Source: Bigelowiella natans CCMP2755 (taxonomy: Eukaryota > Protista > Cercozoa). From it: a stretch of 64,000 bases of DNA. A program made the translations under genes and the position numbers. The notes beneath the pieces are model-generated. The model saw only the letters and a program-made list of their open reading frames with translations, made no database searches and was not told the DNA's origin. Where the stretch lies: positions 18,015-82,014 of the forward strand of contig ADNK01001913.1 of NCBI GenBank assembly GCA_000320545.1. Direction: 5' to 3'. How positions within the stretch are numbered: position 1 is the stretch's first letter; each line of letters begins with the position of its first letter. Shown in pieces: positions 15,024-27,152 of this stretch.

Positions 15024-17319
15024 GCGTGCGTCAAACGCGACAAACCGCAGCATTGTAAAGATGGTGACAAGACCAAAATAACGACTTGAAAGCGCTATTG
15101 AAACAGCGCTTCTTTCTATATGCATGCGCGCACTCGCAGCTTCATGGCTGAAGGAGCTCTACCCCCCGCGGCTGTTTTGTTTGGTCAAGGATGTGCACTC
15201 CCACCTTATCGCCGAAGTACTGAAAGAAGGACGACGTGTCCTGCAGGAAGAGCTCCTCAGCTCCTGGCGTCCAATGAACCTAGAATCATAGGAAACCAGC
15301 TTGCTCGTAAGATGGGTTGCAAGCACCATCCAAGATGCGACTCTTTGGGATCTTCTAGATTCCAAACTGCTAATGTTAATGAGCATTTGGCCTCGTCCAG
15401 CCACTAGCTGAACCCCAGGGCAATTACTCTGCGCCCTGGACGCAGAGCACGATACCCCTTTGGTTTTATAGGTATTTGCGATTTCGCAGTGATGAGAAGA
15501 CATGTGGAGAGGCGCAACGACGAAGTACAACAATGCACCGCCGCCGACGAATGATGAAGATGAGTGTGTTTGAGAGATATAGACTCACTTCTCATGGCTT
15601 TAAACGCATATGCAGCAGTATTGGCTGGCGACTATCTTACATTTGTGCGGCGGTGGCCTGGAGATAACTCCATGGAATCAGGAAGGATGTGAGCTAGTAG
15701 AACCTTAGATTTACGGTTATGTTATTTTCAGCGTGTAAGGAGGGGGTGTTCTTTCTCTGTGTGGTTTCGTGTGAGGAGTGCTTCGTTGGCTCTCTACCAA
15801 CTAATGTCATTTGTAAAGTTTATAAGAAGTGCGCCCACACTATACAGACCCCTCAGTGTAGAATTTAATATTAGTATTAGTGAGATCTATCTTTCGTCTC
15901 ACTCGATCTTGGAAGTAAGGATTTTCCTCCGCAAAGAAGAAATGCAGCACCAGGCCCAAGTCTCCAGGGGGGTACTCAACGCTTACCAAGCACATCAAAG
16001 CGCATTATATTTGCTATCGACATTAAGTAGTATTCTTCGTTTCAAGGAGAAATCAATAACTACTCGAAGGAAAAGGGAACTGGGGGCAAGGACGAGTAGT
16101 AGGTACCGTATGTCAGTCATGTAGTTCAAAGCGTCTAAGTCCCGAGAGGACAGCACCTCGTAAAGCTGGATAAAACACCAATATATATTTCTGAATAATA
16201 CAGCTTTGGAGAATTCATCTTGGCAAATCTCATATGTAAAAGCAAAACGAGTGTGAAGACAAAGAAACGAGGGAGATTCTCATTAAAAGCAAGCACACAC
16301 ACACACACGCGCGCGCGCGTGCGCCAGAGCAAAAATAGATATATTTGTAGAAATAATTGTGTATTTGTATATCGGGTTGGCAATTATGCTTCCATCCTTG
16401 CAGCTCTCTCACCTCCTTTACGTTCATCATCGCCTGCTGCCAAAAGCCTGGAATTTTGGTGATCTCGTTGGCCCGTTGTGCGAATATGCGTGAGCGCTGG
16501 ATCTCAATGTCCTGCTGCAACTTGAACATCACCTTTGAAGAAATAGCAGTCCGTTTGAGTTAGAACTGCAACAAGAGATTTCCAGCGCGAGCACATCGTC
16601 AATGATTCGTGTCAAGGGATATATATTTTGGGCTGATATATTGAAAAATCCAGATTTTCATATTCCTATGCTGCGAGCTGGATCTTCCTCGCACAGAAGG
16701 AATTATTCTAGGGCAAAGATATATCACATGCTGATTTGGCGTGTTTCTGTCTTGAGCATCACGTCTTACGGTTGGCAAACCTCATCGTATTCCGTTTTCA
16801 AATCCTCGACGCTATGCTGCACGCTTATAAGCGCTGCTTCGCCATCTAGACCAGTGCCTTCTGCAGCAGCGGCCATTTCGGAGCGCTTTGCCTCTTGGGA
16901 AGCAACTTGTGGCGAATGCACTACTGGCAATCTTCCGAAGAAAGTCGAAGGCTGTCTCCTAAATCAATTAATCGTGCGACAATGATTGTGCAGGCGTGTC
17001 AATCCGAATGCCGGTTACAAGTCAATACTGAAATACCTTTGAAGGGGTAACCGACATGGAGTATAAGCCAGCCCGTGCTGATGGCCAAAGAGCATAAGTG
17101 CGTGTGTAAACTACGGCCCGCTGTTGAGGTGACGTCCGTGTTAGTGAGTAGGGTACTTACCAACTGAGAGATAGAGCTTTGTGTCGCGCGCAAACGCCCC
17201 AATGAAACCCTATTCCGTGTAGCTCCACTTGTTGAAAGATATGCTACGGCAGCAAAGAGTAGGCAGATGACAGCTCCATTGAACGATCGTGAGGATGGTT
17301 CCCAAGGGCGGGAGGGCAT
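6266..17319 (-). CDS. Multi-exon fusion: signal/transit-like leader + NAP/SET domain 1 + acidic linker + NAP/SET domain 2 + MenH-like alpha/beta-hydrolase + basic/RGG tail
   Basis: Leader MPSRPWEPSSRSFNGAVICLLFAAVAYLSTSGATRNRVSLGRLR (exon 17161-17319). NAP1: QRANEITKIPGFWQQAMMN, LHFFFAEENPYFQDRVL, VHWTPG..SSFFQYF, LGVLVEELYEDPLAFY. NAP2: LQDALSDLQDGFENQII..EYDKREGIIKEVDDRFWSRALEAH, IGFAIKEVFQQPLAYY. Hydrolase: LVFLHGFLG, SLPNHGKS, IGYSMGGRIA, WYSQPMF, VGRMPSLWSDL, VVGSEDRKF, GSGHSPHLE. A phase-consistent GT-AG path links all parts to the stop at 6266-6268. Confidence 0.8.
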
Positions 17320-17520
17320 CGAAGGCCTTTCCGACAGCCTTTTGTTCCACACAGGTTTCCCTGTGGAGTTTCTCAAAATCCAATGGCGTTTCTTAGAAAC
17401 GACTTTGCAAAAATCGAATTTTATGGGAAAACCGAAGGGAATATCGCTCACTTCACCTAGAGCATTCTGGACATCAATCTCCAGATGTTCTTCGGTCGAA
17501 ATGCGGAAAGAGGTATTGGA

Positions 17521-17570
17521 CAAAAAGTGTTGTAAAATGTGTTGCAACAAAAGTGTTGTAAAAAGTGTTG
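17521..17570. promoter_or_regulatory. ~4 imperfect copies of AAAAGTGTTG in the ~540-bp divergent spacer between the NAP fusion and the YjbQ gene
   Basis: caaaaagtgttgtaaaatgtgttgcaacaaaagtgttgtaaaaagtgttg. The regulatory role is inferred from position only. Confidence 0.3.
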
Positions 17571-17857
17571 CGGCCGATCTCCTCTCCACTGCTCAGATGC
17601 TCTCATAGATGCGGCGACGACGTGCCCTCCCCCCTGTAGGCTCTCGTACGATAGCCACCCTCCGGCTCCCCGCTCTCCTAATCAACATCGCGGCGTTCGT
17701 CCTCATTTCGCTCAAGATATCCTGTGGCCATGAAGAGGTGTCTACCCCAAATGCCCGCGCACTGACTATATAAACAATCTAACGTCGGGTGGTGGCTCAG
17801 GATATCGCAAGCCCCTTTCGAACGAGCAAGCTGGAGGTCGTGTCAAAGCAGAGCGGG

Positions 17858-18450
17858 ATGAGATGGCGTCAGAGATGGCTGAAGATAAAGCGCGATCTCC
17901 CTGACGGGTACGCACCAGTTGGCATGAGCGAGTGCTCGAACACACACACACACACACACAGGCCAATGATTTTGAACAGGTTTCATTTGACACATCACGG
18001 GTATCTTCGCGCGTTGCGCCCGGACATCGAGGACGTTAAGTCAGGCGTCCTTCATCTCTACATCCAGGTAAGAAGCGATATGGCGAGCGAAGCTTGCCGT
18101 TGATGAGACGCGGAAATCTCCGACAGTTTACTCTACGTGTTAGCTTCACTGCGTAAGCCTTTTCATTGCTTTATTCAGGATAAATCGCCAAGCGCGTTGA
18201 TGCTTAATGAAAAGGCAGACCCAGCGATCTCTAGTGATCTTCGTGTGGCTTTTGACCGGTCGTCATGGTTCTAGATCATGCATGTCTAGTTAAAAGACGA
18301 TATGTAAATTCTGAAACCATTAAGGCGTGATGCAGTCAACGTTGCACAGCTGTTTCATTGCACAACTGTTTCAGTGATTAGATATCGTATCTATGCAAAC
18401 ACACACACACGCACGCACATACACACGCATACACACGCATACGCACTAAT

Positions 18451-18484
<34 letters not shown>

Positions 18485-18834
18485 GTGTATATATATATAT
18501 ATATATATGTCTATTTATATATACAAACTGTCTTGCATATCAATTAGCATGCATAACGTAGAAGTAAGATCTTGGATATGCCCTCCAACACAGGATATTT
18601 GAATCGTTTGGTGGTCCTGGCGAACATCGGGTCGAAACTATAGCTTTATGTAGTAAAAAACCGTCTAAAACCTGAATAATCAATACCGTGCGTGTTCGTC
18701 AAGCAGGATGCAGCGAAGGCGACAATGGTTGGTCCTGGTAAGAATCAAAAAGGGGGATGATATAAATCGAATAATTAATAATAATAAAGGCATTGACTGC
18801 ATATGCGAAGGGTCAAAACGCATCATACTCTCTA

Positions 18835-18870
<36 letters not shown>

Positions 18871-18889
18871 CTCTCTCCTTCTCTCTAAT

Positions 18890-18920
<31 letters not shown>

Positions 18921-19434
18921 AGAACACGTAAACGTACACAAAATGCACTTTCACGCAGGACTAACTATTCCGATTGTGGATTACGAACTTGCCCTTGCAG
19001 GACTAACTATTCCAATTGTGGATTACGAGCTTGCCCTTGGAACGTGGCAAGGGTTCTATCTCTGCGAGTTTGGGCGGATGATCAAGGACGCGAGCAGCTA
19101 CACTCAGAGGAGAGTAGAGAGCGGATCTCTTTCTCCTAATATGGATATCAACAACCACAATGACGAGCGTTATCTCCTCGCCACGATTCAAGAGGTGGTT
19201 TGTGAGTTTGTGTTTTTTCTGTACGTACCAGGAGCAGTAGTAGTAGTAGTAGTAGTGGTAGTAGTGGTAGCAGATAGTGCGATTGGTAATCGATAGTACC
19301 GTGGGAAAAACTAGAAGCAGTGAGTAAGGAATGGGGAGAAAGAGCCTTTGAGAGCGTATAATAAAACAATAAGGGCAGCTTTTGGTTCAATATGTTAAAA
19401 CTTCACGCTCTGTGTGTGTATCTCTCGCTCTCTT

Positions 19435-19489
<55 letters not shown>

Positions 19490-19632
19490 ATGTGTGTGTG
19501 TGTAATTCCTTCGGATAAACAGCTTCCGTCTGGTCGAGTTAAGATATTTGATCATCCGGTGTGTAAGTAATGACTAAATAATATTTCATTGCCTGGTGTG
19601 TAAGCAATGACTACCTTCTGTAGTTCAGCTTG

Positions 19633-19678
<46 letters not shown>

Positions 19679-22124
19679 ATCTTTCCCTTTCATCAAACTG
19701 TTTTTATTCTTCAATCAAGTGCTCAATAGATCGCTATCTGCAGCATGCATTGTCCTCCTAGCCATGACTGACAACTGATCATGGGCAATGTACGGAACAA
19801 CAACAAAGGTTCCGTCTCGCGGCCTTCACCCTCTCAACCTCAACGCTACTAGTTTTATCTGTTTGGATTCCCCCCCCTCCTACATTCTCTCTGCCAAGCT
19901 GGATGCAGACAGAAGAGGGCAGCAGGTTGCTAACGAAAATGAGGAACGTAACGAGAATAAAGTCGACACAGGGGAATGTAACCCCCCCGCTCAAAATCAA
20001 GAAATCGCCGGTGTTTTGCACGCAATGGTACGCCACACGTCAGCTTCTATGACAAATCGGCTTCACTATAACCATCATCACCGTCACCACCATCATCCAA
20101 AGCTCTCTTCAGCAGCCTCCTCCACAGTAACAACAACAACAACAACGCCGCCGCTGGTGGTGCCATCTAACGGTCTCGAGGACGTCCTTTCGACGGCGAT
20201 TTGCCCGGATTCGTGGACGGTTGAGGGCATGTTCCAGCATGACTATGAGGTAGGTTTGGCGCGGCGGGGACAGTCGTTGGCTAGAATCGGCTGCTGTGAG
20301 TGCTCTGGCACGGAAAGTGACCGTGGTGGTTTTTAACAGGGGCCGGATGATATGCCTGGACACGTGAAGTCCGGGCTTTTGGGTGCAACTGCCACAATCC
20401 CTGTGATAGCGAGAGGAAGTGCGGCAGCATCCTCAACGGGGGGAGGGGGAGGGACTGGTGATGCTGCAAGAGGACGCTCGGTTGCAATAGCACCGCATGC
20501 TATCGAACTTTGGGAACATAGGAAGGTACAGCGGCCTCCTGTTTTCCACCCAGTCTTGATAGAGAAACCTGCTTTCATTGTCTCTTTTCGGCCGAGCTAC
20601 CTACCCCCCCCCCCCCCTCCCCATCCTCGCCATCTCACCAGTGAGTGGCGTCTCAGTACTAAGACTGAATCGAGTTCTTCCTTCATTCTTCCCTCGTCGT
20701 GTGCGGGTGTAGTAAGCACGCACACTTAGGGGCCTACTACAAGTGGCCCGAGAGAGTAGAAAGGGAGATGTAGTAATTCTGCCTGTGCGTGTGCTTTGTA
20801 TGGTGCTATGTTAGTGTCTGGCAACGACGAGGGAAGTCGTCGCATGTTTATCGGTTATTACTTTCCAAACTCCCCCCCCCCCCACTCGCCCCCACTTGCT
20901 ACACACTGTTCCAACGGCGGTCGGAGTTGTGGGAGCAACACAAACACGCGCGCACACTACCGCTAATACTAGCACTCACACCACACACACTAGAAAAGCG
21001 AAGACGGTACACAACGCTTTTTCCAACACCGCACGCACTCTTTCCGCTATTTAGATACAAGCATCAATGACGCTCTATACACATAATACGCAGGACTCCG
21101 ATATAATTCTCACGAAAAGCATTCCCCTGACCTCGGCCCCACGTTCATCGTCACTAGAGACATGCAAGGGGCACCTCATAGATGCTACTTGCGAAATTCT
21201 CACACAGTTGAAATCAGGTGAGATCAACCCCATATTCTCTCCGCAAAAGGCCATGCCTCACTGACCTACTTTGCGTTGTTGCTTGTGACCGCAGAGCTCT
21301 CTAGCGTGGAGGTTGGCGTTTTGCACATGTTCAGGTCCGAAGGGCGGTACAATGCCTTCTCGCCCCCTGCCCAACATAGATCGAAGGAAGAAAATACAGC
21401 AAGTTTAGAAAAAATAAACGGGGTGTAGTAGTACTGCACATGACGAATTAGGGTTTTGATAACGCCATATGCGCTCGATTTTCCCCACTTCCGGGAAATA
21501 AATGTAGTTTTTTTATGACGGCGCGACGAGAATCCAATCCATCTAACCTCCACGCCGTTGACTTTCTACACAAAAAGTTCGGACGACTCTTGCGTGATGA
21601 TCTCGCCCACGGCCTCGGGGGCAGAGGCAGCAATTTCTCAGGTCCAATCAAATAACATCGCGTCCTCCCGCCCCATCCCCTATTCCCATCCCCAATTAAT
21701 GCACCTGCTGTCTTCCACAGTGCGAGAATCTGATGAAGTCCACCGCGGGTCGGTATGGGGATTCGGGCAGCGGCGAAGACGGAGATCAAAGAAGCTCTTT
21801 TGCAGACGCCGCCGGAGCAGTAACTTCAGCCTTACTAGGTGTGCAGGCTGGTGGATGTGAGCTAATCTAGACATCTTGCTACACACAAAATCGTCTCGAA
21901 TTATGTTTGCAATCTGCTCAGGGGTGAAGAGCAGCATACCAGTGCGCAACGGCCAAGTCCTACTACCCGAGGGACATGGGATCTTCGTCTATCGCCTTCA
22001 AGACAGTAAATACTCGCATTGTTCCAAATTGGAAAGGCAAGAGGCAAGTTCCTCTCTCGCTAGTTTTGTAGAAAGCACATCTTCGATGTTCGTCGTAGTG
22101 CAAGGTGCTCAGGCTTCAACCTGA
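17858..22124 (+). CDS. Protein with three tandem YjbQ/UPF0047 domains (alternatively 2-3 tandem paralogues)
   Basis: D1: GFHLT..VKSGVLHLYIQ|DKSPSALMLNEKADPAISSDL..GLTIPIVDYELALGTWQGFYLCEF. D2: SRGLHPL..GVLHAMVRHTSASMT..FQHDYE|GPDDMPGHVKSGLLGATATIPV..IELWEHR. D3: HLIDATCEILTQL..VEVGVLHMF..VTSALL|GVKSSIPVRNGQVLLPEGHGIFVY..FVVVQG. In-frame GT-AG links are possible between domains. Confidence 0.75.
18955..19038 (+). repeat. 42-bp tandem duplication spanning a 3' splice site (AGLTIPIVDYELAL x2)
   Basis: The copies differ only at CCG/CCA and GAA/GAG. Confidence 0.9.
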
Positions 22125-22151
22125 GAGGAGCCGCCAAGCTACTTCACCCAC

Positions 22152-22217
22152 TCGCTCACGAAGTCTTCGTTAAGTCGATGTGGATCGCTCACGAAGTCTT
22201 CGTTAAGTCGATGTGGA
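22152..22217. repeat. Perfect 33-bp tandem duplication just after the YjbQ stop codon
   Basis: tcgctcacgaagtcttcgttaagtcgatgtgga x2. Confidence 0.9.
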
Positions 22218-23283
22218 TCACTGCTGGCAGTCTTAGTAGTGCGAGTATTATGTTGATTAGGAAAATGAAAATAATGGGGTGCTGGGCCGTAACGAAGTGC
22301 CCACATTCTGTCACTCAAATGTCTCTAACATTGGAAAAATGATTATCTACCGTGTTTCATGTACACTTACATGTATTTTATTTAAATTATTTACGGTTGC
22401 CTATGTACATAACTTGTCGATGGGAGAAAGATCAAAAAATAAGGCGCAATAAACGTGGAAGCAAAGAGGTGCGAAAGGTCAAGAATGACAAAGCGATATG
22501 TCAACATTGAAGAAAGACTTTCCAACCCTAATTGTAACACATGTGCACAGCTATGATCAAGCGGCGCTAGCACCAGCAACAAATAGCTGCAATCGATCCA
22601 CATTCACTGTCATTAGATGAAAGATTCCCCCACCGCCCTGCCTGTGCTTTGCTCTAGTGTTTGGCTACGCTTAGCGGCATTTTGGGTGGTGCGCTATCTG
22701 CAGTAAAGAACTCCGGAAAACATTTATTGGCAAGTGCACCAGTGTTTATTAGCCTTGCTGACATGCTAGCGGCCACTACTAACAATCTCTAGATCTACGT
22801 ACCTGCATACATCGTTGACACTACTAGATCACAACATCTGCCATTGCATGCAATTGGGCTCAAATCGTGCAAGTTTTGGCAATTTCCTTGAGTATTCTGT
22901 TGGCATGTGGCATGTTGTAGCTTATCGGCCATGTATAGTGCGTTAAATTTCTTGCCTAAAAATGATGGTGTCATGTGTTGTAGTTATGACACTAGTACTT
23001 TGCATCATTTGCATGCCGATGAACACCGATCTCAATGAATAGCATGTTGACGCAACATCGTCATGACGAGTAGTGCAGCGCAGCAATCTTAGAATTTAGC
23101 TCAGTATCTAAAGCATCACATGCTCTACACCGTGTGCCGTATGCGTGCATTCACTCAGATATAGTCAACAGCAAATCCTAAACAAAGGATTATTTTCATA
23201 GCACTCGATACACATCAGACTGAAAAATACGTGCTCTGCAGATCATTACACCTTGTGACGGTGTTTAACGTTAGTCTTATAAT

Positions 23284-24294
23284 TTACTCTTCATCACTGA
23301 CGTCCAGGCTTTGCGACGCCTTCAAAATCCTCCTTCGGGCATATTTGACAACTTCATAATCACATTTATTGATTTTCGCGAACTTAATCGCTTGGGACTT
23401 CTGAGGAGCTGGCCATTTTATTTTTGTAATTCGTTCATGAGCTTTCGATGTGTTGTCGCTTCTGATGCCAAACTCCTTCAGAAGGATTGAGCTTGTCTCC
23501 TCGGGATATTCTTTGAAGTCGAGCACGATGTCATATCGATCGACTGAGTTTTTGGCTTTCTCTAAGATCTCGTTGGAGCAATTCAGGGGGTTTCTCCTGA
23601 AATCGGGGACGAGGTGTTGAGTGATGAAGTTTTGACGAAGAATCTTCACTTGGAATGCTCCAAACACCTTATGGCTATCAGACAAGACCGCATCACTAAT
23701 GCTGCCATCAGCAACGTCCTTGCTAGCTATGAAACCCCACTGATTAAGGTGTGACAGGTATCGTTCCCACGGGTCGCGAACCAGAAGAACTGTGGTGTAT
23801 GCATCCCAGAATGAAGAAGACAAATCACGATAGCGATCCATGGAAGGGCCGAAGTTATTCGTCTCCCGCCTCAGGCCCATCTCACTAAAAACAAAGTTAC
23901 ACGCTTCTTCATCAAAGGCCTCGAGCCCCATCTTCGCTTCCTCCGGGGTAATGTCTGCTGCCCGCCACTTCTTCCCGATTAGCTTCTCAAACCTCACCTG
24001 CACCCTGTCGGGACGGCAGTTCGCTCCGAGGGTCGCACGGCAGTCACGTTGAAGGGAGAAATCGACGCAGAGAGAGGAGCCGCCACACTTCATAACGTGC
24101 TCTACGAACACTGGCTTGTCAGACCTGACCTTTGGAAGGCCCGTGGTCGTCTGCAGCTCCAGCGGTTGGGCCTCTTTGGACCCATTGTTCGATGTAAGTG
24201 TAGACAGTAAAGCAACACTGGGGCCCTGCGAAGGAAATGCCCACTCAGCCCCGGCAGCTAGAAAGTGAATTCCGAGGTAGAATCGGAAGAACAT
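23284..24294 (-). CDS. Intronless secretory-pathway PAPS-dependent sulfotransferase (Sulfotransfer_2-like)
   Basis: 336-aa ORF with hydrophobic N-terminus, 5'-PSB motif FVEHVMKCGGSSL, 3'-PB motif LLVRDPWERYLSH, and C-terminal INKCDYEVVKYA. Confidence 0.85.
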   Translation of the reverse strand: MFFRFYLGIHFLAAGAEWAFPSQGPSVALLSTLTSNNGSKEAQPLELQTTTGLPKVRSDKPVFVEHVMKCGGSSLCVDFSLQRDCRATLGANCRPDRVQVRFEKLIGKKWRAADITPEEAKMGLEAFDEEACNFVFSEMGLRRETNNFGPSMDRYRDLSSSFWDAYTTVLLVRDPWERYLSHLNQWGFIASKDVADGSISDAVLSDSHKVFGAFQVKILRQNFITQHLVPDFRRNPLNCSNEILEKAKNSVDRYDIVLDFKEYPEETSSILLKEFGIRSDNTSKAHERITKIKWPAPQKSQAIKFAKINKCDYEVVKYARRRILKASQSLDVSDEE

Positions 24295-25050
24295 GGATCC
24301 CTCTCTTCTCGCGCAACAAGGGGGTGGGGAGGGCTAATGCGATAAAGGAGTCAACCCTTTCAACTTTCCACCATGTGAATACCAAGACCCGGCAAGGTGC
24401 AGGACCGATTTCTTCTGAAAAAGAAAAGAATAAAAGCCAATTTATCGATGTCGTAATTGTAAAACCACCTACAATCGACAAATAATTTTCGTGCTTTGGC
24501 AGAACACCAACGCCCTAATTCGAGTTGGACTTGTAACGAGGATGAGAAACTTTTCCCTACGACATGCGAAATTTGTTGTCGTCTACCGAAATTTACCGAC
24601 TAATGAAAATTGGACTTTAGGTTGGAATCCTCAGATAGTGTCCCTTCTGCGACAACCTCATCGTCACCATTCTAGATGTAAACATGCAATTGCAACGTGG
24701 AAAGCATACCTCACCTAGACCGTAATTTGAGCGGAAACTATCCATCCGAAAAAAGGAAAATATTAGAATTTAATTCGTGCGAAAACTATCTAAAGCTGTG
24801 CTAAAATCAGTTAACGTGGCAAAAGAGGGGTACTTCTTTCTCGTTCAGCCTGCCAGTGAGACCACAAAGTCGTTCACACAAGGATTTCGGTGAGACAAAC
24901 GCTCTATCTTTGATCCTGCGACATGAAAATATGGTTGTCGTTCAAAAAGATTTAGCAATTATCTTTTGCCGCGTAGACCTGCGTAAAGCTTCGAGTTCTC
25001 AGGATGGCGTCCCAACCAATGTAGACAATTGAGAACTGCATTCTGTATCA

Positions 25051-25552
25051 ATGGCGGCTCGGTTTAGGACAATAGCTAGTCCGAGCGAGTTTAATTTTCG
25101 ATACCTTTTACCCAACATTTATTGTTTTACTTCCTGCCCCTCCCTCGCAATTTCCCGTCAAATCGCCATCGACGTATTGTGCCAGTACAATCTTATGTAG
25201 TATTCACTCTGCAATTATTTTCTATCCAGACGTCGAACGATAGCGGGATGGCTCGTCCTAATAGCTACAGCTAGCACCTTTTTTGCTGCTGCCATTTCGA
25301 ATATTGCTGCCACGACTCCGCAGAAAAGCCTAAGACGGTCTTTAAGCAGTATCTCAAGGGGGGGGGCTGTAGCGCCATTCTTAACGAACCAACGACAACA
25401 AACCAACCCAGGTCGGGTTTTCGGAGTGAGAATTTTGACTACGAATCAACGCTGCTTGACTCCTCGTGTGAAACAAGAAACGATGGATGCCGGCAAAGAA
25501 AAAGATGCTAAGGTAAAGAGTGACAGCGATTCTTGCATTTTCTATGGTTTTA

Positions 25553-25604
<52 letters not shown>

Positions 25605-25665
25605 CTCTTCTTCCAATGTATGTTTATGCAAGCTGTTCAAATAATTTAATATTATGAATACCCAG

Positions 25666-25708
<43 letters not shown>

Positions 25709-25972
25709 CATGTATATTGCAGCAATAATCTCACGGCACCCTCTTCTATTCAGATAACAACGTCATCGGTGATGAAGAGGGAGCGGCGGCGTGAAATGCT
25801 GCAAACAATGCTTCTGGCCGCTGGTTCTTTGTATCTTCCTTCCGCCTTTCCACTTCGTGCGCTAGCATTCGACAAGACACCGGAGGGCTACGTTCGCGTT
25901 CAGGTTGCGCGACCACTAATTCGGTTTTTTATTTTATCTGTTTTTTCTTTTTCCTTAGAAAATGAGATGTGG

Positions 25973-26020
<48 letters not shown>

Positions 26021-27117
26021 GTTTTTCTCTTTTTCTCCCTCCCACTGTCCCCCTCTCCATATCCTCCTCCTTACGCGCCCCTTGCTCCTCGTATCTGCTT
26101 GTTCGAAGTCGAAATTGGAGGGGTACAAGTTCGTAGTGCCGGACTTTTGGCTGCTTTCTAAGGTTCAATCGATATCTTCACTCACCGCGCTATCACCCGA
26201 ACACGGCGCGAATATACATATGCTGTTTTTACTAACAATGAGCGCGACGATCGTATGTGAAGGAATACGATTCTCACAGCCCTGTAGCAGTGGAAGTCGC
26301 TGTCCTTTGTTTTCTTAAAATACATACGGGGGGGGGGGGGGGGGGGATTTTCTCGGTCTACAAGCTTCTGACACATCGTCAAAACTCACTCGATGACTGT
26401 TGCTGCAGACTGCTGGGAACGACGCAGCGTACGAAAACCCTGCCGATTTCCAACAGAACATTTTCGTGGCGATTTCAGGCAAAACAAAATTCGATTCCGT
26501 CTTGGACATTGGAACCCCTGAAGAGGTAAACAGCAGCCCGAGGACGTGGGCAGTAGCACAGTATGCGCCTTCGTTTTGAAGACGCCGTGGTTTCTCTCAC
26601 CTTGAAACAGAGGATGTAGTTGTAGTGGCGATATCCGCAACGACTGTGTGAATAATGGCCTTATGGCATCGGTGCTGTCGTGTTATTTCGCTGGGTTGTT
26701 CAGGTCGCAAGGGACGAGGAAAAGAAGATTCTAGACGAGTTCATGTCTACGAGAATAGGTGGTGTTCGCAGACTACATAAAGGCTGCTTAAAACCACGTT
26801 TTTCCTTCTCTGCTACACACCCTAACACAAGGGAGGACTTCTTTTGAACACTTCTTTTGATTTCGGGTTATCATCGCTCATTGAGGCCACCAGCGACGAC
26901 CTAAGAACGTTGTTTCAAGGTTTCAAGCACAACACAATACAGGTGTCAAGCGGGAGTCGAACATCGTATCCGCCACGCAGCGAGAGGGCAAGAACGGCAT
27001 CATGTAATAATAGTCCCCTCCACATGTGTTGTAATTGTCGCAAACAATGGATTACTTATTCAAACATGACAATACGTAAATAATACGTAAATAGTACATC
27101 AAATTACACATATAAAT

Positions 27118-27152
<35 letters not shown>

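Noticed and set aside
15640-15673. Separate gene start at MELSPGHRRTN
   Set aside because: It fits better as an internal NAP1 exon (FQDR|VLLAHILPDSMELSPGHRRTN|VHWTPG) with matching phases.
11900-15700. MenF/MenD/MenC modules of a PHYLLO fusion upstream of the MenH-like domain
   Set aside because: The upstream exons give NAP motifs and acidic linkers; no ThDP-binding or enolase-superfamily motifs were found.
22152-22217. 33-bp direct repeat as a possible CRISPR repeat
   Set aside because: Two abutting copies, no spacer, no cas genes, eukaryotic context.
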